Made by a program: the position numbers and the translations under genes
Notes under the pieces: generated by a model
What the model saw: the letters and a program-made list of their open reading frames with translations, nothing else
Database searches by the model: none
Told to the model about the DNA's origin: nothing
NCBI GenBank assembly: GCA_035457305.1
Contig: DATIBS010000131.1
Location: forward strand, 1,831 to 65,830
DNA from: Gemmatimonadales bacterium
GTDB lineage: Bacteria; Gemmatimonadota; Gemmatimonadetes; Gemmatimonadales; GWC2-71-9
Length of the DNA: 64,000 nucleotides
Direction of reading: 5' to 3'
Shown here: in pieces, positions 29,385 through 38,324 of the stretch
Layout of the letters: each line of letters starts with the position of its first letter
Numbering within the stretch: the stretch's first letter is position 1

Positions 29385-30313
29385 GCTGGCTGCCTGCGGC
29401 GGACGTCGGGACCACGGTGACGGTGGGCACCTTCGACGGGGTGCACCTCGGTCACCAGGCGGTGATCCGGGAGATCGCGGAACGGGCCCGCGCCGCCGGC
29501 CGGCGGAGCGTGCTGGTCACGTTCGACCCGCATCCGCTCGAGGTGGTGAACCCGGCGGCGGCGCCGCCCCGGCTCAGCACAACCGTCGAGCGGCGCGAGA
29601 TGCTGGCCCAGACGCCGCTCGACTGGATGGTGGAGCTGCGGTTCGATCACGCTCTGGCTGCGCTTGGTCCCGAGGCGTTCGTGCGTGACGTCCTCCTCGC
29701 CGGCTGCGGGATGCGCGAGCTGGTGATCGGGCACGACCACGGGTTCGGGCGCGGGCGCTCGGGGGATGCCGAGACGCTCCGCCGGCTCGGCGCCCGGCAC
29801 GGGTTCGCGGTGGACGTGGTCGGGCCCGTGGAGGTCGGGGGGCACCAGGTGTCCAGCACCCTGATCCGGCGCGCCGTGGCGGGCGGGGATCTCGCCACCG
29901 CCCGCCGCCTGCTGGGTCGGCCCTATGCCGTGACCGCGCGGGTCGGGCGCGGGGCGGGCCGGGGCCGGCAGCTCGGGGTGCCGACGATCAACCTGGCGGA
30001 CGTGCCCGCCCGGAAGCTCCTGCCGCCCGACGGCGTCTACGCCGTGCGCGCGGAGTGGCGGGGGGGCGCCGCCGGCGGGATGATGAACCAGGGCGGTCGG
30101 CCCACCTTCGGCGAGCGGGCCCGGGCGCTGGAGGTCCACCTCTTCGGGGTGGACGCCGACCTGTACGGGGAATGGGTGCGGGTGTCGTGGGTGCGCCGCC
30201 TCCGCGACGTCGCCCGCTTCGCCACACCCGAGGCGCTCCGCGCCCAGCTCGATCGCGACCGCGCCGCCGCCCAGGCGGCCCTCGCGGACCACGACCACCT
30301 TCAGCGCGCGTGA
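29381..30313 (+). CDS. ribF: Bifunctional riboflavin kinase / FMN adenylyltransferase
   Basis: GTGA overlap with truB. GTFDGVHLGHQ, VTFDPHP, SSTLIR, PTINL, GVYA, EVHLF. Confidence 0.9.
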   Translation: MSWLPAADVGTTVTVGTFDGVHLGHQAVIREIAERARAAGRRSVLVTFDPHPLEVVNPAAAPPRLSTTVERREMLAQTPLDWMVELRFDHALAALGPEAFVRDVLLAGCGMRELVIGHDHGFGRGRSGDAETLRRLGARHGFAVDVVGPVEVGGHQVSSTLIRRAVAGGDLATARRLLGRPYAVTARVGRGAGRGRQLGVPTINLADVPARKLLPPDGVYAVRAEWRGGAAGGMMNQGGRPTFGERARALEVHLFGVDADLYGEWVRVSWVRRLRDVARFATPEALRAQLDRDRAAAQAALADHDHLQRA

Positions 30314-30332
30314 CCGACGCGCGAGCGAGCCG

Positions 30333-31970
30333 ATGTCGAAGACCATCCGCAACCGAGTGATCCTGATCGCCCTGCTGGTGCTGGGCTCGGCCTGGGCCCT
30401 GCTGCCGCGCACGGTGACGGTGCGCGAACGGGGCCCCGACGGGGTGATGCGCGACGTCGAGGTCCGGCGGGTGCCGCCGAAGAAGGGCCTCGATCTCCAG
30501 GGCGGGATGCACCTCGCGCTCGAGCTGGACGAATCCCAGCGGGTTTCGGCCGACCGTGCCCACGACATCGAGCTGGCGCTCCAGGTGCTGCGCAAGCGGA
30601 TCGACGAGTTCGGCGTCGAGGAGCCGCTGGTGCAGAAGGTCGGGGACGAGCGGATCGTGGTCGAGCTTCCCGGCGTGAGCGATCCGGCGCGCGCGCGGCA
30701 GATCGTCCAGCGGGCGGCGTTCCTCGAGTTCCGCATCACCGACGAGACCCAGGCGCTGGAGAAGGCGCTGCCCGCGATGGACCGCGCTCTCCGGACGCTC
30801 GGGGTGGCGGCGGCGCCGGGCGCGGCCGCGGCGCCCGCGCCGTCCGCGGTTCAGCAGCTGCTGGGCGGGGACAGCACCGCGGCCGACTCGGCGCCGGCCG
30901 ACACCGCGGCCGCGGGCCCGGCGGTGCTCTCCGCCCTGATCCAGCCGGGCCAGCTCCCCGGCGAGTACATGGTGCCGGAGACCGCCTTCCCGCGGGTGGA
31001 TTCGATGCTCAGCCTCCCCGAGGTGCGGCGCCAGCTGCCCCGCGGGGTCGAGTTCTTCTGGAACGTGCGGCCCACCAGCGTGGGCGCCACGCCCTTCCGG
31101 TTCCTCTACGTCCTCGAGGACGAGCCGCTCATCACCGGGCAGAGCCTCGTGGACGCCCAGGCCCAGCTCGACCCGCTCACCAACGGGGCGGTGGTGGTCT
31201 TCGACCTCGACCGCGCCGGCGCCCGCCGGTTCGGCGCGGGCACCCAGCAGCACATCGGCGACTACATGGCGATCCTGCTCGACGGCCGGGTGCAGGACCG
31301 GCCGCCGGTGATCCAGAGCCGCATCGATCGCCGCGGGCAGATCACCCTCGGCGGCCGCTCGATCCAGGAGGCGCAGGACCTGGCGCTGACCCTCAAGGCG
31401 GGCGCGCTGCCGGTGCCGCTCAAGATCGTGGACGACCGGCAGGTAAGCGCGAGCCTCGGCGCGGACGCGATCCGGTCCGGCCTCCTGGCCGGGCTCATCG
31501 GCACGGTGTTCGTGATCCTCTTCATGGTGGCGTACTACCGGCTCGCGGGGCTGCTCGCGGTGGTGGCCCTCGGGATCTACGTGCTGCTGGTGATGGGGGT
31601 CCTGGCGGCGCTGGACGCCACGCTCACCCTTCCCGGGCTCGCCGGCCTGGTGCTCTCCATCGGCATCGCGGTGGACGCCAACGTGCTGATCTTCGAGCGG
31701 ATCCGGGAGGAGCTGGACGCGGGCCGCACCGTCCCACTGGCGGTGGACGAGGGCTTCCGGCACGCGATGTCGGCCATCGTCGACTCGAACGTCACCACGC
31801 TCATCACGGCACTCTTCCTCTTCCAGTTCGGCACCGGGCCGGTGCAGGGCTTCGCGGTCACGATGGTGATCGGCATCCTGGCGTCGATGGTCACGGCGAT
31901 CTTCGTCACCCGCACCTTCTTCCTGATCTGGATGCAGCGCCGCCCGGGCCTGCAGTCCCTGAGCATCTGA
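30333..31970 (+). CDS. secD: Protein translocase subunit SecD
   Basis: N-terminal TM, periplasmic domain (GLDLQGG, ELPG, GGRSIQEAQDLALTLKAGALP), C-terminal 5 TM (GLAGLVLSIGIAVDANVLIFERIREE). Confidence 0.92.
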   Translation: MSKTIRNRVILIALLVLGSAWALLPRTVTVRERGPDGVMRDVEVRRVPPKKGLDLQGGMHLALELDESQRVSADRAHDIELALQVLRKRIDEFGVEEPLVQKVGDERIVVELPGVSDPARARQIVQRAAFLEFRITDETQALEKALPAMDRALRTLGVAAAPGAAAAPAPSAVQQLLGGDSTAADSAPADTAAAGPAVLSALIQPGQLPGEYMVPETAFPRVDSMLSLPEVRRQLPRGVEFFWNVRPTSVGATPFRFLYVLEDEPLITGQSLVDAQAQLDPLTNGAVVVFDLDRAGARRFGAGTQQHIGDYMAILLDGRVQDRPPVIQSRIDRRGQITLGGRSIQEAQDLALTLKAGALPVPLKIVDDRQVSASLGADAIRSGLLAGLIGTVFVILFMVAYYRLAGLLAVVALGIYVLLVMGVLAALDATLTLPGLAGLVLSIGIAVDANVLIFERIREELDAGRTVPLAVDEGFRHAMSAIVDSNVTTLITALFLFQFGTGPVQGFAVTMVIGILASMVTAIFVTRTFFLIWMQRRPGLQSLSI

Positions 31971-31972
31971 CC

Positions 31973-32950
31973 ATGCGCTTCTTCGCCAACGCGAACTACG
32001 ACTTCATCGGCAAGCGGCGCTTCGCACTTGCCGTCGTCGCCGCGCTGACCCTGCCGGGGCTGGTGCTGCTGCTGCTCCGTGGCGTCAACTACAGCATCGA
32101 GTTCACCGGCGGCACCCTGGTCCGGATCGAGACCCGGGCCCCGGCCGACATCGCGGCCCTCCGTGCCGCACTCGACGCCAACGGGGTGCCGGGTGCGGAG
32201 ATCACCCGGTTCGGATCCGACCGCGAGTTTGCCATCCGGGCGCTGGTGGTCGGGGAAGGGGCCGACGCCGACAACACCGCGCTCACCACCACCGCGGTCG
32301 CCGCCGCACTCACCCAGGCGGTCGGGGCCGACGGCTTCACCGTGGTGAGCTCGGCGGCCGTGGGCCCCAAGGTGGGCGGGGAGCTCCGGAGCCAGGCGGC
32401 CATCCTGGTGCTGCTCTCGCTCCTGGCGGTGCTCATCTACCTCGCCTTCCGCTTCGAGTGGCGCTTCGGCATCGCCGCGGTCGTCGCCACCATCCACGAC
32501 GTCGTGGCCACGATCGCGTTCATCGGGCTCGTTCGGCTCGAGGTGAGCCTCTTCGTGGTGGGCGGGATCCTGAGCATCGTGGGCTACTCGCTCAACGACA
32601 CCATCGTCGTGCTCGACCGGGTGCGGGAGAACCTCCGCAAGCTGCAGCGGGCCGACTTCCAGTCGCTGCTCAACCGGTCCATCAACGAGACCCTGCCCCG
32701 GACGGTGTTCACCGGCACCACGGCCCTGGGCAGTCTCATCGCGCTCGCCGTCCTGGGCGGCGACGTGGTGCGGCCCTTCGCGCTGGTGATGCTGTGGGGC
32801 GTGCTGGTGGGCACCTTCTCGTCCATCTGGATCGCGAGCCCGGTCCTCCTCTGGATCGAGCGGCGCTGGCCCGGGCCGCAGGCCCGGGGCGTCCGGCAGG
32901 CGCCGGCGGCCAAGCCCCCGGCGCCACGCCGCCCCCAACCGGTGGCCTGA
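31973..32950 (+). CDS. secF: Protein translocase subunit SecF
   Basis: ATG 2 nt after the secD stop. NYSIEFTGGT, VGPKVGGELR, IVGYSLNDTIVVLDRVRENL. Confidence 0.92.
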   Translation: MRFFANANYDFIGKRRFALAVVAALTLPGLVLLLLRGVNYSIEFTGGTLVRIETRAPADIAALRAALDANGVPGAEITRFGSDREFAIRALVVGEGADADNTALTTTAVAAALTQAVGADGFTVVSSAAVGPKVGGELRSQAAILVLLSLLAVLIYLAFRFEWRFGIAAVVATIHDVVATIAFIGLVRLEVSLFVVGGILSIVGYSLNDTIVVLDRVRENLRKLQRADFQSLLNRSINETLPRTVFTGTTALGSLIALAVLGGDVVRPFALVMLWGVLVGTFSSIWIASPVLLWIERRWPGPQARGVRQAPAAKPPAPRRPQPVA

Positions 32951-32964
32951 GCCGGCCGGCCCCC

Positions 32965-33729
32965 GTGCTCGTGGACACCCACTGCCACCTCGCCGACGCC
33001 GCCTTCGAGGCCGACGCGGGCGAGGTGGTTGCCCGGGCCCGGGCGGCGGGAGTGGGCCACGTGGTCGTGATCGGGGAAACGCCCGAGGCAGCCGACCGGG
33101 CGCGGGCGCTCGCGGCGGCCCACCCGTCGTGCTCGACCACCGCGGGGCTCCACCCGCACGAGGCCTCGCGCTGGAGCCCCGACCTCGAGGCCGATCTGCG
33201 CGCCCGCCTCCGCGACCCGGGGGTGGTGGCCGCCGGGGAGACCGGCCTCGACTACCATTACGAGCACTCGCCCCGCGCCCGGCAGCGGGAGGCCTTCGCC
33301 GCGCAGCTCGCGCTCGCGGCGGCCGCGGGCAAGCCCGCCGTGGTGCATGCGCGGGAGGCGGACGCGGACGTCGCCGCCGAGCTCCGCAACCAGCCCGGCG
33401 CCGTGGCCATCCTGCACTCGTTCAGCAGTGCCGGGCTCTTGCGGGCCGCCCTCGACGCCGGGCACTATGTGTCGTTCAGCGGGATGGTGACCTTCCGCTC
33501 CTGGGCGCTCGACGACGCCCTCCGCGCGGTGCCCGCCGACCGACTCCTGCTCGAGACCGATGCGCCCTACCTCGCGCCGGTGCCCCACCGCGGCCGGCGG
33601 AACGAGCCGGCTTACGTGGCCGACACGGCGCGGCGCGTGGCCGAGGTCCGCGGGGTGGGGCTCCCCGAACTCGTCGCCCAGACCACGGCCAACGCCGTGC
33701 GCGTGTTCGGGGCGCGGGTGGCATGCTGA
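32965..33729 (+). CDS. tatD: TatD-family metal-dependent hydrolase
   Basis: GTG 32965. VDTHCHL, GLHPHEA, GETGLDYHY, VVHAREA, ILHSFSS, ETDAPYLAPVPHRGRRNEPA. Confidence 0.85.
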   Translation: MLVDTHCHLADAAFEADAGEVVARARAAGVGHVVVIGETPEAADRARALAAAHPSCSTTAGLHPHEASRWSPDLEADLRARLRDPGVVAAGETGLDYHYEHSPRARQREAFAAQLALAAAAGKPAVVHAREADADVAAELRNQPGAVAILHSFSSAGLLRAALDAGHYVSFSGMVTFRSWALDDALRAVPADRLLLETDAPYLAPVPHRGRRNEPAYVADTARRVAEVRGVGLPELVAQTTANAVRVFGARVAC

Positions 33730-33823
33730 CGCCCCGCCCGACGCTCCCGACCCGGTCCCCGGCACCGGGCGCCCCCGGGGCGCCGGGACCCGGCCACCCG
33801 GGACTCTCTCCAACCCCGACGCC

Positions 33824-35506
33824 ATGACCACGAAGAGCCAAGTCCCCAGCGATATCGCCATCGCCCAGGCCGCCCGCCTCCGGCCCATCACGGAGGTGGC
33901 CGCCGAGGCCGGCCTGGCGCCGGACGAGATCCTGCCCTACGGCCGGTTCAAGGCGAAGGTCACCGCGGCCGCGGCCGCCGCGCGCCCGCCCCGTGGCAAG
34001 CTGGTCCTGGTCACGGGCATCAGCCCCACCCCGGCCGGGGAGGGAAAGAGCACCGTCCTGGTGGGGCTCGGCATGGCGTTGCGCCGGCTGGGACACCGGA
34101 CGATGATCTGCATCCGCGAGCCGTCCCTCGGCCCGGTGTTCGGCGTGAAGGGCGGGGCCTCGGGCGGCGGCTACGCGCAGATCGTCCCGATGGAGGAGAT
34201 CAACCTCCACTTCACCGGCGACTTCCACGCGATCACCTCGGCGCACAACCTGCTGTCCGCCCTCCTCGACAACCACCTGCACCATGGCAACGCCCTCGGG
34301 ATCGACCCGCGCACCATCACCTGGCCGCGCACGATCGACATGAACGACCGTGCGCTCCGTGACCTGGTCATCGGGCTCGGCGGCGTCAACGGCGGCGTGC
34401 CGCGGCAGGAGCGCTTCGTCATCGTGCCCGGCAGCGAGATCATGGCGATCCTCTGCCTGGCCACCGACCTCACCGACCTCGAGGCCCGCTGCGCCCGGAT
34501 CCTCGTCGGCCTCACCCGCGATCGGAAGCCGGTCACCGCCGGCGACCTGAACGCGCAGGGGGCGATGACCCTGCTCCTCCGGGACGCGCTCCTGCCGAAC
34601 CTGGTCCAGACCCTCGAGGGCGGCCCGGCGCTGGTGCACGGGGGCCCGTTCGGGAACATCGCGCATGGCTGCAATTCGCTCGCGGCCACCCGCCTCGGAC
34701 TGGGCATGGCTGACGTGGTGGTGACGGAGGCAGGCTTCGGCGCCGACCTCGGGGCCGAGAAGTTCCTCGACATCAAGTGCCGCTTCGGCGGCCTCGACCC
34801 GCAGGCGGCGGTGGTCGTGGCCACGATCCGCGCCCTCAAGATGCACGGCGGCGTGCCGAAGGACGCGCTCAAGGTGCCCGACGCCGCCGCCGTGCGGCGG
34901 GGACTGGTGAACCTCGAGGCCCACGTCGCCAATGTCCGGAAGTTCGGCATTCCGCCGGTCGTGGCGGTCAACCACTTCGTCCACGATGCCCCGGAGGAGG
35001 TGGCGGCCATCACCGACGCCTGCGCGGCCTGGGGCGTGCCGGTCGCCTTCACGGAGGTGTGGGCGAAGGGCGGGGAGGGCGGGGAGGCGCTCGCCCACGA
35101 GCTGGTCCGGGTGCTCGAGGCCGGCGGCGCCCGGTACCGCCCGCTCTACGACACGGCGCTCCCGATCAAGCGGAAGATCGAGACCATCGCGACCGAGATA
35201 TATGGCGCCGACGGCGTGGACTACACCTCCCACGCCGACAAGGCCATCGCACGCTGGGAGGCGGTGGGGCTGGGGCAGACACCGGTCTGCATCGCCAAGA
35301 CCCAGTACTCCTTCAGCGACGACCCCGGCCGGCTCGGCCGGCCGTCGGGCTTCCGGATCACCATCCGCGACGTGACGCCGAGTGCCGGCGCGGGCTTCGT
35401 CGTGGCCCTGGCCGGCGACATCATGACGATGCCGGGGCTCCCGAAGGTGCCCGCCGCCGACCGGATCCGCGTGCATCCTGACGGCACGATCGAAGGCCTC
35501 TTCTGA
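33824..35506 (+). CDS. fhs: Formate--tetrahydrofolate ligase
   Basis: ATG 33824. SDIAIAQ, VTGISPTPAGEGKST, EPSLGPVFGVKGGA(S/A)GGGY, HGGPFGNIAHGCNS, TEAGFGADLGAEKF, CIAKTQYSFSDDP. Confidence 0.95.
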   Translation: MTTKSQVPSDIAIAQAARLRPITEVAAEAGLAPDEILPYGRFKAKVTAAAAAARPPRGKLVLVTGISPTPAGEGKSTVLVGLGMALRRLGHRTMICIREPSLGPVFGVKGGASGGGYAQIVPMEEINLHFTGDFHAITSAHNLLSALLDNHLHHGNALGIDPRTITWPRTIDMNDRALRDLVIGLGGVNGGVPRQERFVIVPGSEIMAILCLATDLTDLEARCARILVGLTRDRKPVTAGDLNAQGAMTLLLRDALLPNLVQTLEGGPALVHGGPFGNIAHGCNSLAATRLGLGMADVVVTEAGFGADLGAEKFLDIKCRFGGLDPQAAVVVATIRALKMHGGVPKDALKVPDAAAVRRGLVNLEAHVANVRKFGIPPVVAVNHFVHDAPEEVAAITDACAAWGVPVAFTEVWAKGGEGGEALAHELVRVLEAGGARYRPLYDTALPIKRKIETIATEIYGADGVDYTSHADKAIARWEAVGLGQTPVCIAKTQYSFSDDPGRLGRPSGFRITIRDVTPSAGAGFVVALAGDIMTMPGLPKVPAADRIRVHPDGTIEGLF

Positions 35507-35517
35507 CGGACGGACCG

Positions 35518-35901
35518 ATGACCCTCGAGCCCGTGAGCACGCCCGACGCCCCGAAGGCGATCGGCCCCTACGCGCAGGCCGTGGTGGCCGGCGAGTTGAT
35601 CTTCACGGCGGGCCAGATCGCGCTCGATCCCGCGACGATGGAAGTAGTGCCGGGGGGGGTCGCCGAGCAGACCGAGCGGGTCATGCGGAACCTCGCCGCG
35701 GTGCTCGCCGCGGCCGGCTCCGACCTCTCCCGCGTCATCAAGACGACGGTGTTCCTCGCGGACATGGCCGAGTTCGGCGCGATGAACGAGGTCTATGGGC
35801 GGGCGTTCGGCGCGCACCGGCCCGCGCGCTCGACGGTGGCGGCCGCCGGGCTCCCCCGGAACGTCCGGGTCGAGATCGAAGTCATCGCCGCGCGCCGGTG
35901 A
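35518..35901 (+). CDS. ridA: RidA/YjgF-family reactive-intermediate deaminase
   Basis: APKAIGPYAQAV, IFTAGQIALDP, VIKTTVFLADM, PARSTV, VEIEVIA. Confidence 0.9.
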   Translation: MTLEPVSTPDAPKAIGPYAQAVVAGELIFTAGQIALDPATMEVVPGGVAEQTERVMRNLAAVLAAAGSDLSRVIKTTVFLADMAEFGAMNEVYGRAFGAHRPARSTVAAAGLPRNVRVEIEVIAARR

Positions 35902-35975
35902 GCGCGACGATCACCCGGGATGTGCGGCTCGTGATTCGTGCCCGGGGCGGGGCACCGCCGGGGGGCACCCCTCAG

Positions 35976-36073
35976 GGGGGCGGAACGGGTCTGGTGGCCC
36001 GGCCGGTCTTCAAAACCGCGTCGGAGGCGCCATCGGCGGCTCCGGTGGGTTCGATTCCCACACGCTCCCGCCA
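35976..36073 (+). tRNA. selC: Probable selenocysteine tRNA, anticodon TCA
   Basis: Hand-folded. Acceptor GGGGGCG/CGCTCCC. 6-bp D stem CGGGTC/GGCCCG with 4-nt loop TGGT. Anticodon loop CTTCAAA. About 25-nt variable arm. T arm GTGGG-TTCGATT-CCCAC. Discriminator G and encoded CCA. The anticodon stem has only 4 clean pairs. Confidence 0.7.
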
Positions 36074-36082
36074 CCCCGCCCG

Positions 36083-36985
36083 GTGACCACGGTGCTGCTG
36101 GTGAACCCGGCGGCGGGCCGCGGCCGCGGGGCGCGCGTCGCGGCCGAGGCGCTTCGCGCGGCCCGCCGTGCGTGGCCCGACGTCGAGTGCTGGCGCACCG
36201 CGGCGCCGGGCGACGGGGTGCGGCTGGCGGCCGAAGCGGCCGCGGCGGGCGCGCGCCGCGTGGTGGTGGTCGGTGGGGACGGTTCGGTGCACGAGGCGGC
36301 GAACGGCCTGCTCTCCGCCGGCGTGGCGGAGCTGCCTCCGCTCGGCGTCGTGCCGGTCGGCACCGGCAACGACTTCGCGCGGGCGGTGGGCACGAGCCGG
36401 CTGCGGCCGGCCACGGCGGTGGCCGCGCTGGCCGCGGGGCGCGTGGCGCGCTTCGACGCCGGACGGGCGGGCGACGAGTGGTTCGTGAACTCGATGGGCA
36501 TCGGCTTCGATGCCGATACCGCCCGCCGCGCCAACCGGCTCCGGCGCCTCAAGGGCTTCGCCGCGTACCTGGTGGCGGTGGTCCAGACCCTGGCCGACAT
36601 CCGGATGCTCCGGATCGCCGCCGAATGGGACGGTGGCGGCCACGACGGCGAGGCGCTCCTCGTCGAGCTCGGCAACAACAGCTCCACCGGGGGCGGGTTC
36701 CGGCTCGTGCCCGAGGCCCGGTGCGACGATGGCCAGCTCGATCTCTGCCTGATGACCTGCAAGGGCCTCCGCGGCGCCCTGGCCAAGCTCCCGTTCGTGC
36801 TCGTCGCCCGCCACGCCGGCCGTCGCGACGTGATCCTGACCCGGACGACCTTCCTGGGCGTGCGCGCCGAGGCGGAGGAACTCGTGGTCCACCTCGACGG
36901 CGAGATCCGGGCCTACCGGCCGGCCGTGCTCCGGGTGACCGTCGCGCCGGGATGCCTCCCGGTCATCCTGGCGGGCCGGCGGTGA
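36083..36985 (+). CDS. Diacylglycerol/lipid kinase family protein (YegS/BmrU-like)
   Basis: GTG 36083. LLVNPAAGRGRG, VVVGGDGSVHEAANGL, PVGTGNDFAR, and the C-terminal DGE motif region. Confidence 0.8.
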   Translation: MTTVLLVNPAAGRGRGARVAAEALRAARRAWPDVECWRTAAPGDGVRLAAEAAAAGARRVVVVGGDGSVHEAANGLLSAGVAELPPLGVVPVGTGNDFARAVGTSRLRPATAVAALAAGRVARFDAGRAGDEWFVNSMGIGFDADTARRANRLRRLKGFAAYLVAVVQTLADIRMLRIAAEWDGGGHDGEALLVELGNNSSTGGGFRLVPEARCDDGQLDLCLMTCKGLRGALAKLPFVLVARHAGRRDVILTRTTFLGVRAEAEELVVHLDGEIRAYRPAVLRVTVAPGCLPVILAGRR

Positions 36986-37473
36986 GGGGCGCGGCTCTCG
37001 TCCTGCTCCTCGGGGCGGCGCTGGGGCGGCCGCTCGCGGCCCAGGACTCCGTGCCACCCGCGCCGCCGGTCGCCGCGACGGATTCGGGGGCCGCCGCCGA
37101 CTCCATCGCCCGTCCGATCTCCCCGATGGGCGCGTTCTGGCGCTCGCTGCTCATCCCGGGGTGGGGGCAGGCCACGCTCGACCGGAAGCTCGCCGCGGCG
37201 CTCTTCCTCGGGTGGGAGGCCGTGACCCTGGGAATGGCGCTCAAGACCGACGTGGCGGTGGCCGAGCTGGGCGACGCCGGGTCCGGGCTCCTCGAGTCGA
37301 AGCGGCAGGAACGCGAGGACTGGCTCGTGCTCCTCGGTTTCAACCACCTGATGGCGGCGCTCGAGGCCTACGTGTCGGCCCACCTCTGGGACTTCCCCGG
37401 CGACCTCCGCATCCGGCGTGCGCCGGGCCGGACGGAGGCCGGCCTTCGCCTTCCGCTCTCCCTGCCACGATGA
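36982..37473 (+). CDS. Hypothetical secreted/membrane protein
   Basis: GTGA overlap with the lipid kinase gene and ATGA overlap with murI. Signal peptide VRGAALVLLLGAALGRPLAAQ. LIPGWGQ motif plus hydrophobic segments. No family recognised with confidence. Confidence 0.5.
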   Translation: MRGAALVLLLGAALGRPLAAQDSVPPAPPVAATDSGAAADSIARPISPMGAFWRSLLIPGWGQATLDRKLAAALFLGWEAVTLGMALKTDVAVAELGDAGSGLLESKRQEREDWLVLLGFNHLMAALEAYVSAHLWDFPGDLRIRRAPGRTEAGLRLPLSLPR

Positions 37474-38270
37474 ACGACGCCCCGATCGGGATCTTCGACT
37501 CCGGCATCGGCGGGCTGACGGTCGCCCGCGCCATCTACGAGCGCCTGCCCGCCGAAAGCACGATCTACTTCGGGGACACCGCGCGCGTCCCCTACGGGCC
37601 CAAGTCGCCCGAGACGGTGCGGCGCTACAGCCGGGAGATCCTGGACTGGCTGCTGGGGCAGGGGGTCAAGGCGGTCGTGATCGCCTGCAACACCAGCACG
37701 GCCCACGCCCTCGAGGCACTCCGGGCGGCCTCGCCCGTGCCGGTGATCGGCGTGATCGAACCGGGCGCCCGCGCCGCCGTCGCGGCGGCGCCGCGGGGCG
37801 CGATCGGCGTCATCGGCACGGCCGGCACCATCGCTTCCGATGCGTACGGCCGGGCGATTCGCGCCCTCCGGCCCGACGCCACCGTGGTGCAGCAGGCCTG
37901 CCCGCTGCTGGTGCCGCTGGTGGAGGAGGGCTGGTTCGACCGCCCCGCCACCCGGCTCATCGCGGAGGAGTGCCTGGCCGCGATGCGGGTGGCACGGGTG
38001 CAGGCGCTGGTGCTGGGGTGCACCCACTACCCGCTGCTCAAGCCGCTGCTGGCCGAGGTGATGGGGCCGAAGGTGGCGCTGGTGGACAGCGCCGAGGAGA
38101 CGGCGCGCGCGCTCGCGGAAACCCTGGCCGAGACCGGGCTCGGGGCCCGCCCCGGCGGCGTCATCACCCACCGTTTCGTCGTGAGCGACGACCAGCCGCG
38201 GTTCCTCCAGGTTGGCTCGAGGTTCCTTGGCGAACGGCTCACCGAGGCGGAGCTGGTCCCGGTGGGGTAG
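37470..38270 (+). CDS. murI: Glutamate racemase
   Basis: IGIFDSGIGGLTV, YFGDTARVPYG, VIACNTS (Cys), LGCTHYPLL (Cys). Confidence 0.92.
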   Translation: MNDAPIGIFDSGIGGLTVARAIYERLPAESTIYFGDTARVPYGPKSPETVRRYSREILDWLLGQGVKAVVIACNTSTAHALEALRAASPVPVIGVIEPGARAAVAAAPRGAIGVIGTAGTIASDAYGRAIRALRPDATVVQQACPLLVPLVEEGWFDRPATRLIAEECLAAMRVARVQALVLGCTHYPLLKPLLAEVMGPKVALVDSAEETARALAETLAETGLGARPGGVITHRFVVSDDQPRFLQVGSRFLGERLTEAELVPVG

Positions 38271-38275
38271 GGGGA

Positions 38276-38309
38276 GGGGAGAGGGGAGAGGGCCGTCTCC
38301 CCTCTCCCC
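38276..38309. terminator. Perfect 14-bp G/C-run hairpin between convergent murI and the lpxH-like gene
   Basis: GGGGAGAGGGGAGA (38276-38289), loop GGGCCG, TCTCCCCTCTCCCC (38296-38309). No U-tract. Followed by a GCTCCCC repeat copy. Confidence 0.55.
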
Positions 38310-38324
38310 GCTCCCCGCTCCCCA

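Noticed and set aside
33730-33823. Possible folate/THF-type riboswitch upstream of fhs.
   Set aside because: I saw only GC palindromes (for example GGCGCCCC/CGGGGCGCC) and no recognisable riboswitch core. The gap is short and fhs is probably co-transcribed with tatD. A covariance-model scan would be needed to exclude this fully.
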